A stretch of 64,000 bases of DNA, taken from positions 102,047-166,046 of the forward strand of contig JAQTMG010000002.1 of the NCBI GenBank assembly GCA_028714455.1, given 5' to 3'. Each line of letters opens with the position of its first letter. Position 1 is the stretch's first letter. This document shows positions 10,306-18,258 of this stretch, piece after piece. The position numbers were made by a program, and so were the translations under genes. This stretch comes from Patescibacteria group bacterium. Its GTDB lineage: Bacteria > Patescibacteriota > Patescibacteriia > CAIXNZ01. The notes beneath the pieces were generated by a model that searched no databases, was not told the origin of the DNA, and saw nothing but the letters and a program-made list of their open reading frames with translations.

Positions 10306-10365
10306 AAATGGAAGGTTTGCATGGCGGTCTAGTGCGCACGCCTGCCCCGTACCAATATTTATCAA

Positions 10366-10404
10366 GGAAGGATGGCCGAGAGGCTGAAGGCATCCAGCAC
10401 CAAC
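10366..10404 (+). other. tRNA-Ser-like 5' half (acceptor plus D-arm), part of a nested RNA scaffold
   Basis: GGAAGGA-TG-GCC-GAGAGGCTGAA-GGC. It pairs with TCCTTCC at 10531-10537. The 11-bp helix ATCCAGCACCA/TGGTGCTGGAT brackets the inner tRNA. No T-arm. Confidence 0.35.
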
Positions 10405-10406
10405 GC

Positions 10407-10494
10407 GGAGGGATCGCATAGTGGTCTAGTGCGCTTGCTTGGAGAGCAAGTGTGTCGCAAGGCACCGCGAGTTCAAATCTCGCTCCCTCCGCCA
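10407..10494 (+). tRNA. tRNA-Ser(GGA), complete with encoded CCA, nested inside the interrupted outer tRNA
   Basis: Acceptor GGAGGGA/TCCCTCC. Anticodon stem CTTGC/GCAAG with loop TTGGAGA. Long variable arm. T-arm GCGAG-TTCAAAT-CTCGC. Discriminator G then CCA. Confidence 0.8.
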
Positions 10495-10630
10495 TGGTGC
10501 TGGATTAATAGCGGGGGATATTAATCTCATTCCTTCCGCACATTTTTAAAATATTGGTACGGGGCTTGGAAAGCGTGTTGGGCGCAAGCCCTCGTGGGTT
10601 CAAATCCCACACCTTCCGCCATTAATTTAC

Positions 10631-10659
10631 TTGACAAATATTATTTTTGTGCTATAATT
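10631..10659 (+). promoter_or_regulatory. consensus sigma-70-type promoter (TTGACA, 17 nt, TATAAT)
   Basis: Exact -35 and -10 hexamers at a 17-nt spacing. Confidence 0.6.
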
Positions 10660-10681
10660 ATTAAAGAATTTATCCTAAATT

Positions 10682-10705
10682 CTGCTGAACGTCAGCGGAT
10701 TTTTT
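10682..10705 (+). terminator. hairpin plus T-run between the promoter and typA (attenuator-like)
   Basis: CTGCTGA-ACG-TCAGCGG followed by ATTTTTT. Confidence 0.45.
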
Positions 10706-10759
10706 ATTTATGTTCCGCTAAGTTCTATATTCTCTATTCTGTATTCTAAATTCTAAGCT

Positions 10760-12562
10760 ATGAGCATAAGAAACGTCGCCATTATCGCACACGTTGACCA
10801 CGGCAAAACCACGCTCGTGGATGCTTTGCTGCGCCAATCAAAAACATATTTAGGCAAGGAAATGAATGAAAAGGATTTGATCATGGACAGCAATGATTTG
10901 GAAAGAGAGCGCGGCATCACCATTTTTTCTAAAAATGCTTCAGTGATCTGGAATGGCATAAAAATAAATATCATTGACACGCCTGGCCACGCCGATTTCG
11001 GCGGGGAAGTGGAGCGCGTTTTAAACATGGCTGACGGCGTGCTGCTTTTGGTTGACGCCAAAGAGGGACCAATGCCGCAGACGCGTTTTGTTTTAAAAAA
11101 AGCTCTAGAAATGGGTCACAGAGTGATTGTAGTTATCAATAAAATTGATAAGCCAGATGCTCGTCCTGATTATGTTCTAGACAAAACCTTTGATTTGTTC
11201 GTGGAACTGGGCGCTGATGATCAGGCTTTAAATTTTCCAGTTATTTATGCCGCGGCCAAACAAGGTAAGGCGGGACTAGAATCAGATTTAAGCAAAATGC
11301 AGGACATCACGCCGATTTTTGACGCCATCATCAATCATATTCCGGCTCCGATTTCTAATACTGAAAAACCGTTACAAATGTTAGTCACGACCGTGACCGC
11401 TGATAATTTCCGCGGCAGAATTGCCATTGGCAGAATTTATAATGGCAAAATTAAAGCCGGACAAGACGTGATGCACATAAATCGTGAAGGCCAAATGACA
11501 AAATTTCGTTTGGTTTCCTTGATGACTTTTGTGGGCTTGGGCCGTATTGATATTCAGGAAGCAGTAGCCGGCGATATCGTGGCTATTTCTGGCATACCCG
11601 AAGTAAATATCGGCGAAACAATTGCTGACGCTGAAAATCCCAACGCCTTGCCGCTTTTAAATATAGAAGAGCCGACAGTGAAAATGACTTTTATGATTAA
11701 TGATTCTCCTTTTGCCGGCAAAGAGGGCGAGTTTTCAACTTCACGCCAAATTCAGGAGCGCTTGCATAGAGAATTGGAAACTGACATGGCTTTGCGCGTG
11801 GAAAATAACGCCGCTGGCACCTGGACCGTTTCAGGACGCGGTGAATTGCACCTGGCGATTTTAATTGAAAGAATGAGACGTGAAGGTTATGAATTTCAAG
11901 TTTCCAGACCGCAAGTTATTAATAAAGAAAAAGATGGAAAAACCTTAACTCCATTTGAAAGAGTCTTTATTGAAGTGCCTGAACAATATTATGGTTCATG
12001 CATTCAAAAACTTGGCAGTAGAAAAGGTGAGTTAAAAGAAATGAGAACGCTTGATGGCATTACTTATTTAGAATTTGTAATCCCTACTCGTGGTCTTTTT
12101 GGCTATCGCAGTGAATTTTTAACAGACAGCCGCGGTCTTGGTATAATTAATACATCTTTTTATCAATACGATCTTGACCCCAATAACTGGGGTGAAAAAG
12201 AACAGGGCTCGTTAGTTGCTCATGAAACAGGCACCTCGCATTTGTATGGTTTGGTTAATGTGCAGGGCAGGGGAGTTTTATTCATTGGACCAGGCGTTTC
12301 TGTTTATGAAGGCCAAGTTGTCGGTCTAAATTCTCGACCAGGCGATATTCGTGTTAATGTCTGTAAGGAAAAACAACTCTCAAATATGCGCTCCAAGGGT
12401 GACGGCGGCGCTGAACACTTTAATAAACCAAAGGAAATGGATCTGGAAGATGCTTTGGAATTCATCGGCGACGATGAACTTGTTGAAGTTACGCCAAAAA
12501 ATGTCAGAATCAGAAAGGTTTATCTTGATGAAGTGTCTGCCAAGAGAATGGCCAGAAAATAA
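10760..12562 (+). CDS. typA: translational GTPase TypA/BipA
   Basis: AHVDHGKTT and DTPGH G-domain motifs, with EF-G-like domains. Confidence 0.9.
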   Translation: MSIRNVAIIAHVDHGKTTLVDALLRQSKTYLGKEMNEKDLIMDSNDLERERGITIFSKNASVIWNGIKINIIDTPGHADFGGEVERVLNMADGVLLLVDAKEGPMPQTRFVLKKALEMGHRVIVVINKIDKPDARPDYVLDKTFDLFVELGADDQALNFPVIYAAAKQGKAGLESDLSKMQDITPIFDAIINHIPAPISNTEKPLQMLVTTVTADNFRGRIAIGRIYNGKIKAGQDVMHINREGQMTKFRLVSLMTFVGLGRIDIQEAVAGDIVAISGIPEVNIGETIADAENPNALPLLNIEEPTVKMTFMINDSPFAGKEGEFSTSRQIQERLHRELETDMALRVENNAAGTWTVSGRGELHLAILIERMRREGYEFQVSRPQVINKEKDGKTLTPFERVFIEVPEQYYGSCIQKLGSRKGELKEMRTLDGITYLEFVIPTRGLFGYRSEFLTDSRGLGIINTSFYQYDLDPNNWGEKEQGSLVAHETGTSHLYGLVNVQGRGVLFIGPGVSVYEGQVVGLNSRPGDIRVNVCKEKQLSNMRSKGDGGAEHFNKPKEMDLEDALEFIGDDELVEVTPKNVRIRKVYLDEVSAKRMARK

Positions 12563-12597
12563 AAAAGCCCTCCGTAGAGCGGAGAGCTTTAATGAGA

Positions 12598-12891
12598 TTA
12601 TTCGCCGTAGGAACAGGTGTAGGCCGCAAATCGAGTCGCTTCGAAAACGATTTCTTTTCCGGCCGGGATGATGAAGGTTGAAATGGCTTTACATTCTTGG
12701 CCATTTATCTTGATGCACCCGTAGACAACAACGATTCTTTCTTGCCTTTTGGCGATGCCAAATTCGTATCTTCCGGGAGAAACTACGCCGACCGTGTGGT
12801 CGCCGGATTCGCTCGTAAAACCGAGTGATTGAACCCTTCCCTTGAAATACACATTGTGCTTGATCCCTGGATCGGTTTTCTTCCTCGCCAT
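12598..12891 (-). CDS. ppnP: pyrimidine/purine nucleoside phosphorylase PpnP (DUF1255)-like
   Basis: NVYFKGRVQSLGF...YEFGIAKRQERIVVVYG...YTCSYGE parallels the YaiE/PpnP motifs. SD-led and GC-richer. Confidence 0.6.
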   Translation of the reverse strand: MARKKTDPGIKHNVYFKGRVQSLGFTSESGDHTVGVVSPGRYEFGIAKRQERIVVVYGCIKINGQECKAISTFIIPAGKEIVFEATRFAAYTCSYGE

Positions 12892-12980
12892 TTAATATCA
12901 CCTCCTTTATTTTTTTAAACCTTAGCATATAATAATTCACAAATCAAATCATCCAATTCCTAATTACTAATCACCGGCCT

Positions 12981-13070
12981 GGAGAGGTACCAAAGTGGTC
13001 GAATGGGCCGCACTCGAAATGCGGTAGATCAGCAATGGTCTCGCGAGTTCGAATCTCGCCCTCTCCGCCA
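12981..13070 (+). tRNA. tRNA-Ser(CGA)
   Basis: Acceptor GGAGAGG/CCTCTCC. Anticodon stem CCGCA/TGCGG with loop CTCGAAA. Long variable arm. T-arm GCGAG-TTCGAAT-CTCGC. CCA encoded. Confidence 0.85.
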
Positions 13071-13277
13071 AGTTTTACATTCAGCGAAATTGAAAGATGT
13101 TGTCTTGGCGCAAAGCGCCTCGGCATGATATTTTTCCGCTGCCGTCGAATTTCGTATTTCGATTTTCGAAATGCGCCGCCGAGAACCATTATTTACCTTT
13201 TTTGATTTTTGGTGTAGCATTATAGTAGTTGAAAAGGAATATTACTTATATTTTAATTCTACTACCACGATATTGGT

Positions 13278-13475
13278 ATGTCAAACATTACAAAAACACT
13301 TAGAAAACTTAGGGAAGCCAAGGGGTTATCCCAAGAAAAATTGGCGAGATTGGCTGATGTCGCCAATAATACCATTATTAAAATTGAAGCTGGTAAAAAC
13401 CAGAATCCAACGCTTGATACTCTCAAGAAAATTGCGAAAGCTCTTGGGGTTAGCGTTGATGAGTTGATAAGGTAA
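13278..13475 (+). CDS. XRE-family HTH transcriptional regulator
   Basis: KGLSQEKLARLADVANNTIIKIEAG helix-turn-helix. Confidence 0.75.
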   Translation: MSNITKTLRKLREAKGLSQEKLARLADVANNTIIKIEAGKNQNPTLDTLKKIAKALGVSVDELIR

Positions 13476-13479
13476 ATTT

Positions 13480-14379
13480 ATGAAACATAAATCGCTTATC
13501 GCATATCTTGTAATTATCACACTTTTAAGTGCAGTATTTATTGTATTAATGAAATTGTTAGGCCAAAAAGGAAATTATCTCGCTGCTTTTTATATGCTGG
13601 GGCCAGCGATTGCTGCTATTATTACCAGATTATTTTTCTACGATAAAAAGTTTAAGGATGCAAATTTGAGGTTTGGAAAAGTTAAAAATTATTTTAAATT
13701 TTGGGCGATTGCCTTGAGTATAACCGTTTTATCTCTCGTCATTTATACCCTATTAGGTTCAATAAGTTGGGATTTTTCCGGGCAGGTGTTTTTGGGTCAA
13801 TTGGCTAAACAATTTGCACTTACCGGCCAAAATATCAATAACCTTCCCGCTGGTCTTACGCCGCAATTGATGCTGATTATCTATTTTATCGGCGGGTTGA
13901 CCATTTTTAATATTTTGCCCGGGGTTATCACTGGTTTTGGTGAAGAGTTCGGCTGGAGAGGATTTATGTTTCCGCAAATGTACAAAATCAAGCCCTGGGT
14001 GGCTTTTATTGTTGGCGGCTTGATATGGTACGCTTGGCATATCCCACTGGTTCTTGTAATTGCTCAAACACAAACATTTACGATTGCTCAAACAATTCTG
14101 AATGTAGCGGTTCTCGCCATTGGTTCAATCTGCACCCACACTTTTTTGGCGTATGTGTATGTAAAGTCAAAAAATGTCTTTGTGGCTTCTGTGACCCACA
14201 TTACATTGGATAATGTCGCAAGATCGTTTGCCTATTTCATTATTATCCAAAATCAGATAACGGCAAATATCGGGCTGGCAATTACAATGTTAATTGTCGT
14301 GGCAGTTCTGTATTTTTCCAAAGAATGGAAAGTTTTTGAAAATTATTTTAATAAAAGGGAGATTGAAAATTATGAATAA
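13480..14379 (+). CDS. CPBP-family (CAAX/Abi) intramembrane metalloprotease
   Basis: GFGEEFGWRGF motif (EExxxR) and a downstream HxxxN/D-type motif in a polytopic membrane protein. Confidence 0.7.
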   Translation: MKHKSLIAYLVIITLLSAVFIVLMKLLGQKGNYLAAFYMLGPAIAAIITRLFFYDKKFKDANLRFGKVKNYFKFWAIALSITVLSLVIYTLLGSISWDFSGQVFLGQLAKQFALTGQNINNLPAGLTPQLMLIIYFIGGLTIFNILPGVITGFGEEFGWRGFMFPQMYKIKPWVAFIVGGLIWYAWHIPLVLVIAQTQTFTIAQTILNVAVLAIGSICTHTFLAYVYVKSKNVFVASVTHITLDNVARSFAYFIIIQNQITANIGLAITMLIVVAVLYFSKEWKVFENYFNKREIENYE

Positions 14380-14614
14380 ATTTTGGTTTCGAACAAGAAA
14401 AGGTATCAAAAGCAAAGATTTAGGTTGGGGTTTTATTCCTGTAAGTTGGGAAGGGATTGTGGCTTATTCTGTTCTACTCGTGTTGGTTATTTTATTTGGA
14501 GCATATTTTGACATTTTACATGCAAACACAGCGCAGGGTTTTTATTTTCTTTTTTCGATAGTTATATTATTTTTTGCCTTTAGTGTTTTGGCTAAAGTCA
14601 AAACGCAAAGATAA
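14373..14614 (+). CDS. small membrane protein
   Basis: ATG overlaps the stop of the upstream gene. Two transmembrane helices. The ORF-track start at 14294 is likely too early. Confidence 0.4.
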
Positions 14615-14641
14615 AATAGAGTAGGATCCGACAAAGAAAAA

Positions 14642-14680
14642 AGCCGATATTCTTACGAATACCGGCTTTTGATTTTTACT
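14642..14680. terminator. bidirectional terminator hairpin
   Basis: AGCCG-N16-CGGCT flanked by A-runs on one side and T-runs on the other. Confidence 0.55.
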
Positions 14681-15174
14681 GCGGAAAAATTTGGGCAGAG
14701 CTTGGGTTTTGTAAATCGCCAATAATCACCACGCGATTCTCGCCGTTTTGTGAGAATCTCTGAATCATTTGCTCCATGGGTGACTGCACCCTTAAAACCT
14801 GGCCAGGCGGCATCCAAAATCCCATCCGATCGGCTCCTGTGTCCGCGCACCTTACACGCAGACAACCAACAACCTGCAAGGGTTTTTTATTAAAAACAAC
14901 CGCGTAGTCAGGGACCCTGAAATTTTCACCCGCCGCGTATAAGGTTACGGGTTCTCCTGGAAAAATTGGCTTGCCGCACCAGGCGCACCTTATTGTCATG
15001 GCGCTAAAACACTTATGGCAATAAGGAAGTTGGCCATTTTGCGGAATCATTTTGATAATATGTTTTTCGCCCTGGGCGGCGCAGATATCCCAAATTTTGG
15101 TCTCATGACCGCATTGGGCCATGATTTTTCCGCAAAAAAGATTCAAAAAGAACATTCTGGCTTTTAAAAGCATT
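14676..15174 (-). CDS. Cys-rich (zinc-ribbon-like) hypothetical protein, SD-led and GC-richer
   Basis: SD AAAAAGGAGGGCAAAATG at the Met of MLLKARMFF, so the start is at 15174 rather than the track's 15221. Motifs CGHE...CHKC...CAWCGKP. Confidence 0.5.
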
Positions 15175-15298
15175 TTGCCCTCCTTTTTCCTATTTGTATC
15201 ATTCAAATCCAGGATAGTCAAATAGCATTTGAGTTGATTTTCAAAATTTAAATAATTGTTATATAATAAAACCAGTGCTAAAGATTAAATTTAAACCC

Positions 15299-15754
15299 AT
15301 GCAACTAAAAAAAGTGGCGATTATTTGCGGTCTGGCGGCCCTTGTCTTGGCTCTTAGCGGCTGTCTGCCTCAATTTTTCATGCCTTCGGCCAAGAATCAA
15401 AACCTCAATTTCGGCTTTAATCTCAACGAGGATTTGAATGAGAACACAAATGAGAACGCGAATGTGAACGAGCCAGCCGGCGACGGCGACACTCATGTTA
15501 CGAATCCAAACATGACCAGGGAGCGCTGTATTGAATTAATGGCTTATTCTCTCTACGGAGTAACTCTGATGCAACAAGGCAACACCGCGAAATTCATGCT
15601 AATTTCTCAAAAAGTCGCGAATCTGGAAAAGCAGTATAATGTTAACACAGATGATTATGACGAAGTATGCAATAATTTCCTCAACGAAGAACAGTTTATG
15701 ATAGACGTGGAAAAACGCATGCAGCAACTTGGCGCTGACATAACTACCGAATAA
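15299..15754 (+). CDS. lipoprotein with Asn/Glu-rich repeats
   Basis: Signal peptide MQLKKVAIICGLAALVLALSGC (lipobox). NENTNENANVNE repeats. Confidence 0.5.
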   Translation: MQLKKVAIICGLAALVLALSGCLPQFFMPSAKNQNLNFGFNLNEDLNENTNENANVNEPAGDGDTHVTNPNMTRERCIELMAYSLYGVTLMQQGNTAKFMLISQKVANLEKQYNVNTDDYDEVCNNFLNEEQFMIDVEKRMQQLGADITTE

Positions 15755-15799
15755 TCTTGAATCAAATAGTTTGCAAAAAAGCCGTTGATTACTCAACGG

Positions 15800-16210
15800 C
15801 TTTTGACTTTTTGCCTCATGTGTTATAATAATTTTATGGATAGGGGGACATGGCTAACCCAAGCCAGGAGGTGCTCTCATGAAAAAGTTTGTCGGAACCA
15901 TGTCTCGGTTGTCGGGTCTGTAACATGCGGAAGGCAAAGTAACAGGCCTGCGATCAAGGGCGTGTCCGCTAAACCAAGGCGAAAGAGGAGCCTGTTTTTC
16001 TTTCGCCACGCGGACACGCCCACGACAATAATCCCCGTCGGAAAGGGGATAAAAGGATATTAAAAAATCAAAGGAGGAGCTTGCATGGAAAAACTTTTTT
16101 CCAGGCTCGTGGTCGATCTGTAGACTCCTGATACGGAGGAAGCAGATCATCTTAATATTCACGGTCCAAAAAGGACCCCAAACCCCCGAACATAGGTTCG
16201 GGGTTTTTAT
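15800..16210 (+). ncRNA. GC-rich structured region with two tiny SD-led ORFs (candidate ncRNA or leader)
   Basis: 12-bp inverted repeat GGGCGTGTCCGC...GCGGACACGCCC. Hairpin CCCC-GTCGGAAA-GGGG. Terminal CCCCCGAAC-ATAG-GTTCGGGGG followed by T5. Mini-ORFs MKKFVGTMSRLSGL and MEKLFSRLVVDL after AGGAGG. Confidence 0.35.
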
Positions 16211-16270
16211 TTGTATATTTTTTAAAAGTCGAAGTATCGTGGTATAATACTTGTAAATAACCGCTTAACT

Positions 16271-17017
16271 ATGATTAACAAAATTATAAAATTTACTTTT
16301 TTAGGCCTGCTAATAGTGGGTGTTTTTTCACTAATCGCCTGGGTAATCTTTGAGTTCACCCTTGATGATCCAAAGGGTGAGGAAAATGCGGTTAAAAAGA
16401 TTTTTTACCAAGCCGCGAGTATCTTGCCTGTCTACCCGGCGGTTGATTTGACCGTGCCTTACCACCATCAACAGCACGCTCTCTCCTGTGAAGTTGCTTC
16501 CTTAACTATGGCCCTAAATTACAAAGGCGTAAAAGTAACTGAAAACGAGTTAATCGCCCAGCTGCCTTTTTCTTTTACCGGACCTCGCCAGACCGGCAAT
16601 ATCTGGGGCGATCCTAATTTAGGTTTTGTCGGCAACATTGATGGCACCATGCCCAATACTGGCTATGGCGTTTATGAGCAGCCGATTTATGATTTAGCTT
16701 CTAAATATCGCTCGGCTAAAATTATTACCAATGGCACTGTCGCTGATTTAATTACGGAATTAGTAAATGGCAATCCTATCGTTGTCTGGGGAGTGGTCGG
16801 TAGCGGCAAAGATATTTCCTGGAAGACACCTAACGGAAAAGTTATCAGCGCCAAGCTGGATGAGCACGCCAGGACTTTAATCGGCTTTACCGGTACGTCA
16901 GATAATCCCAAATTACTTATTTTGGACGACCCGATTTACGGCAAGATAAGAATGTCAGTCAGCAGCTTTCAAAAAAATTGGGGCATGCTGGATAATAGGG
17001 CAGTGGTAATTTATTAA
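16271..17017 (+). CDS. membrane-anchored papain-like (C39-like) cysteine peptidase domain protein
   Basis: N-terminal transmembrane helix. QQHALSCEVASLTMAL places a Cys nucleophile in a C39-like context. Confidence 0.4.
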   Translation: MINKIIKFTFLGLLIVGVFSLIAWVIFEFTLDDPKGEENAVKKIFYQAASILPVYPAVDLTVPYHHQQHALSCEVASLTMALNYKGVKVTENELIAQLPFSFTGPRQTGNIWGDPNLGFVGNIDGTMPNTGYGVYEQPIYDLASKYRSAKIITNGTVADLITELVNGNPIVVWGVVGSGKDISWKTPNGKVISAKLDEHARTLIGFTGTSDNPKLLILDDPIYGKIRMSVSSFQKNWGMLDNRAVVIY

Positions 17018-17038
17018 AATCAAATTTAACAAAAAAAA

Positions 17039-17068
17039 AGAGGGCCCTAGAACAGAGCCCTCTTTGGG
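17039..17068. terminator. bidirectional terminator
   Basis: AGAGGGC-N11-GCCCTCT flanked by A-runs on one side and T-runs on the other. Confidence 0.55.
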
Positions 17069-17078
17069 TTTCAGATGA

Positions 17079-17453
17079 TTACGCAGTGATGATTGATGGT
17101 TCTCCCATCAAGGCCTCACGAGAAAACTGCTTTTTCTCGGCGGAGACCTGCTCCACTTCCCTGACGAATTCGGGGAACTCGGCGAAAACGACAGCCGCCA
17201 CTTCAGGGATCTTATCATAGAAGTAGTTTCTTGCGATGCCGCGCAGAGAACATCTCCTGATACTTTTTTCGTGGTCGGCGATGCATTCCTCTGCCAGGTC
17301 GTAGAATTCTTCGGTGGTGATAGTCTGCCGGGTCAGTCTGCCCGCGATCAGTTTGCACCAACCATAGGCGTCCGGCAGCATGAACGCAATTTTCTGCTTA
17401 TTCATTCTCAACAGCCGTTCCTTTGCCTCTGCCACAAAAGCAACCTTTGCCAT
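17079..17453 (-). CDS. hypothetical protein, SD-led and GC-richer
   Basis: SD AAAGGAGGGG upstream. No recognised motifs. Confidence 0.5.
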   Translation of the reverse strand: MAKVAFVAEAKERLLRMNKQKIAFMLPDAYGWCKLIAGRLTRQTITTEEFYDLAEECIADHEKSIRRCSLRGIARNYFYDKIPEVAAVVFAEFPEFVREVEQVSAEKKQFSREALMGEPSIITA

Positions 17454-17615
17454 ATTACCCCTCCTTTGGGTTTGGGTTGGAATATTGTATGCGTTAATGT
17501 ACGTTTTTAATCATTAATAATACCACAAAAAAATAGTCTTGTCAAGAGCTAGGCTGATTGACTCGTTATTTTTTGGCTAAAATAAAAGAAAAACCCCGTC
17601 AATTGACGAGGTTTT

Positions 17616-18104
17616 TTAATGAAGCACTCTTGCTTTATGATCTTGCTTTTTGGAGTTGTGTTTCTCTGCCTTGTCGATTTCTCCGGCTATTTTACTAAGC
17701 AAAGATTCCACGCAGTCCTTGGCCTTAGAAAGAGCGATTTCGTCCATTTTACTCGAATGCGATTCCAGATAAGCATGGAAGGCGCTCAAAATTAGCGAGG
17801 CGGTCAGCCACTGTTCACGAGTGAGAACAATGAGCTGCGGCTGATCATAGTCAAGTTTTTGATCACTGATGGCTGCTTCCAGCTTCTGGAGATAATCTTC
17901 AGGAGTAAGACAGCCCGTTAAAAGAACAAACTGATTAAAAGATTTCTCTTTAAGCTTAATCAGATCAGCTAGATATGAACTCTTGATCTGGGAAAGAAGC
18001 ATATCAATTTCAAAGATGTTCAGATTAATCTTTATGGTCAGGTCTTGCAAAAATGGATTGGCCGTATCGGATTGATCCGTATTCCGCCTACTTTGCTCCG
18101 GCAT
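17616..18104 (-). CDS. hypothetical protein
   Basis: SD GGGAGG upstream. A palindromic terminator follows at 17592-17620. Confidence 0.5.
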   Translation of the reverse strand: MPEQSRRNTDQSDTANPFLQDLTIKINLNIFEIDMLLSQIKSSYLADLIKLKEKSFNQFVLLTGCLTPEDYLQKLEAAISDQKLDYDQPQLIVLTREQWLTASLILSAFHAYLESHSSKMDEIALSKAKDCVESLLSKIAGEIDKAEKHNSKKQDHKARVLH

Positions 18105-18258
18105 GATTATTTCTACCTCCCTTCGCCCTCCATAGCTTTTTACGGAGGAAGACTTTGTTTGATGCTTGACCTTACTACAAATTTTATTTTATGTCAAGGA
18201 CTGATTTGAGTATATCACGTTTTTTTAGTATGATTAAGACATAATTTATTAAAAATTT

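Larger units (their letters stand above)
10310..10621 (+). tRNA. class-II tRNA (Ser-like; spliced anticodon would be GGA) interrupted in the anticodon loop by a roughly 230-nt structured insert
   Basis: 5' half: GGAAGGT, D-arm GCAT-GGCGGTCTA-GTGC, anticodon stem CACGC, then C-U. 3' half: AA-GCGTG, a long variable arm GGGC-GCAA-GCCC, T-arm GTGGG-TTCAAAT-CCCAC, then ACCTTCC-G-CCA. Acceptor and anticodon stems pair perfectly. The insert is closed by a 16-bp perfect helix (10345-10360 pairing with 10550-10565). Confidence 0.55.

Noticed and set aside
10301-10495. 64-aa minus-strand ORF over the tRNA locus
   Set aside because: It overlaps well-supported tRNA structures and has no SD. Typical spurious ORF in GC-rich RNA genes.
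10354-10556. Group I intron or archaeal BHB intron interpretation of the tRNA insert
   Set aside because: No P7 or R/S conserved core sequences, no omega-G context and no BHB geometry were recognisable. The insert is instead built from tRNA-like helices. It is reported as an unclassified insert rather than a known intron class.
10753-11061. 102-aa minus-strand ORF antisense to typA, and similar antisense ORFs within copA, dnaG, alaS and the ribosomal genes
   Set aside because: Fully embedded in strongly supported genes on the other strand, with no independent signals.
15785-16162. 92-aa plus-strand and 102-aa minus-strand ORFs at 15.8-16.2 kb
   Set aside because: Arg/Cys-rich low-complexity translations spanning inverted repeats. 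More consistent with non-coding structured sequence.
15800-16210. Assignment of the GC-rich islands to RNase P RNA, tmRNA or SRP RNA
   Set aside because: The conserved P4 (AGGAAAGUCCGGGCUCC / ACAGAACCCGGCUUA) sequences, the tmRNA tRNA-like end and tag ORF, and the SRP GGAAGGAAGCAGC helix-8 motif were not convincingly present. Only a partial GGAGGAAGCAGA resemblance was found. Left unclassified.
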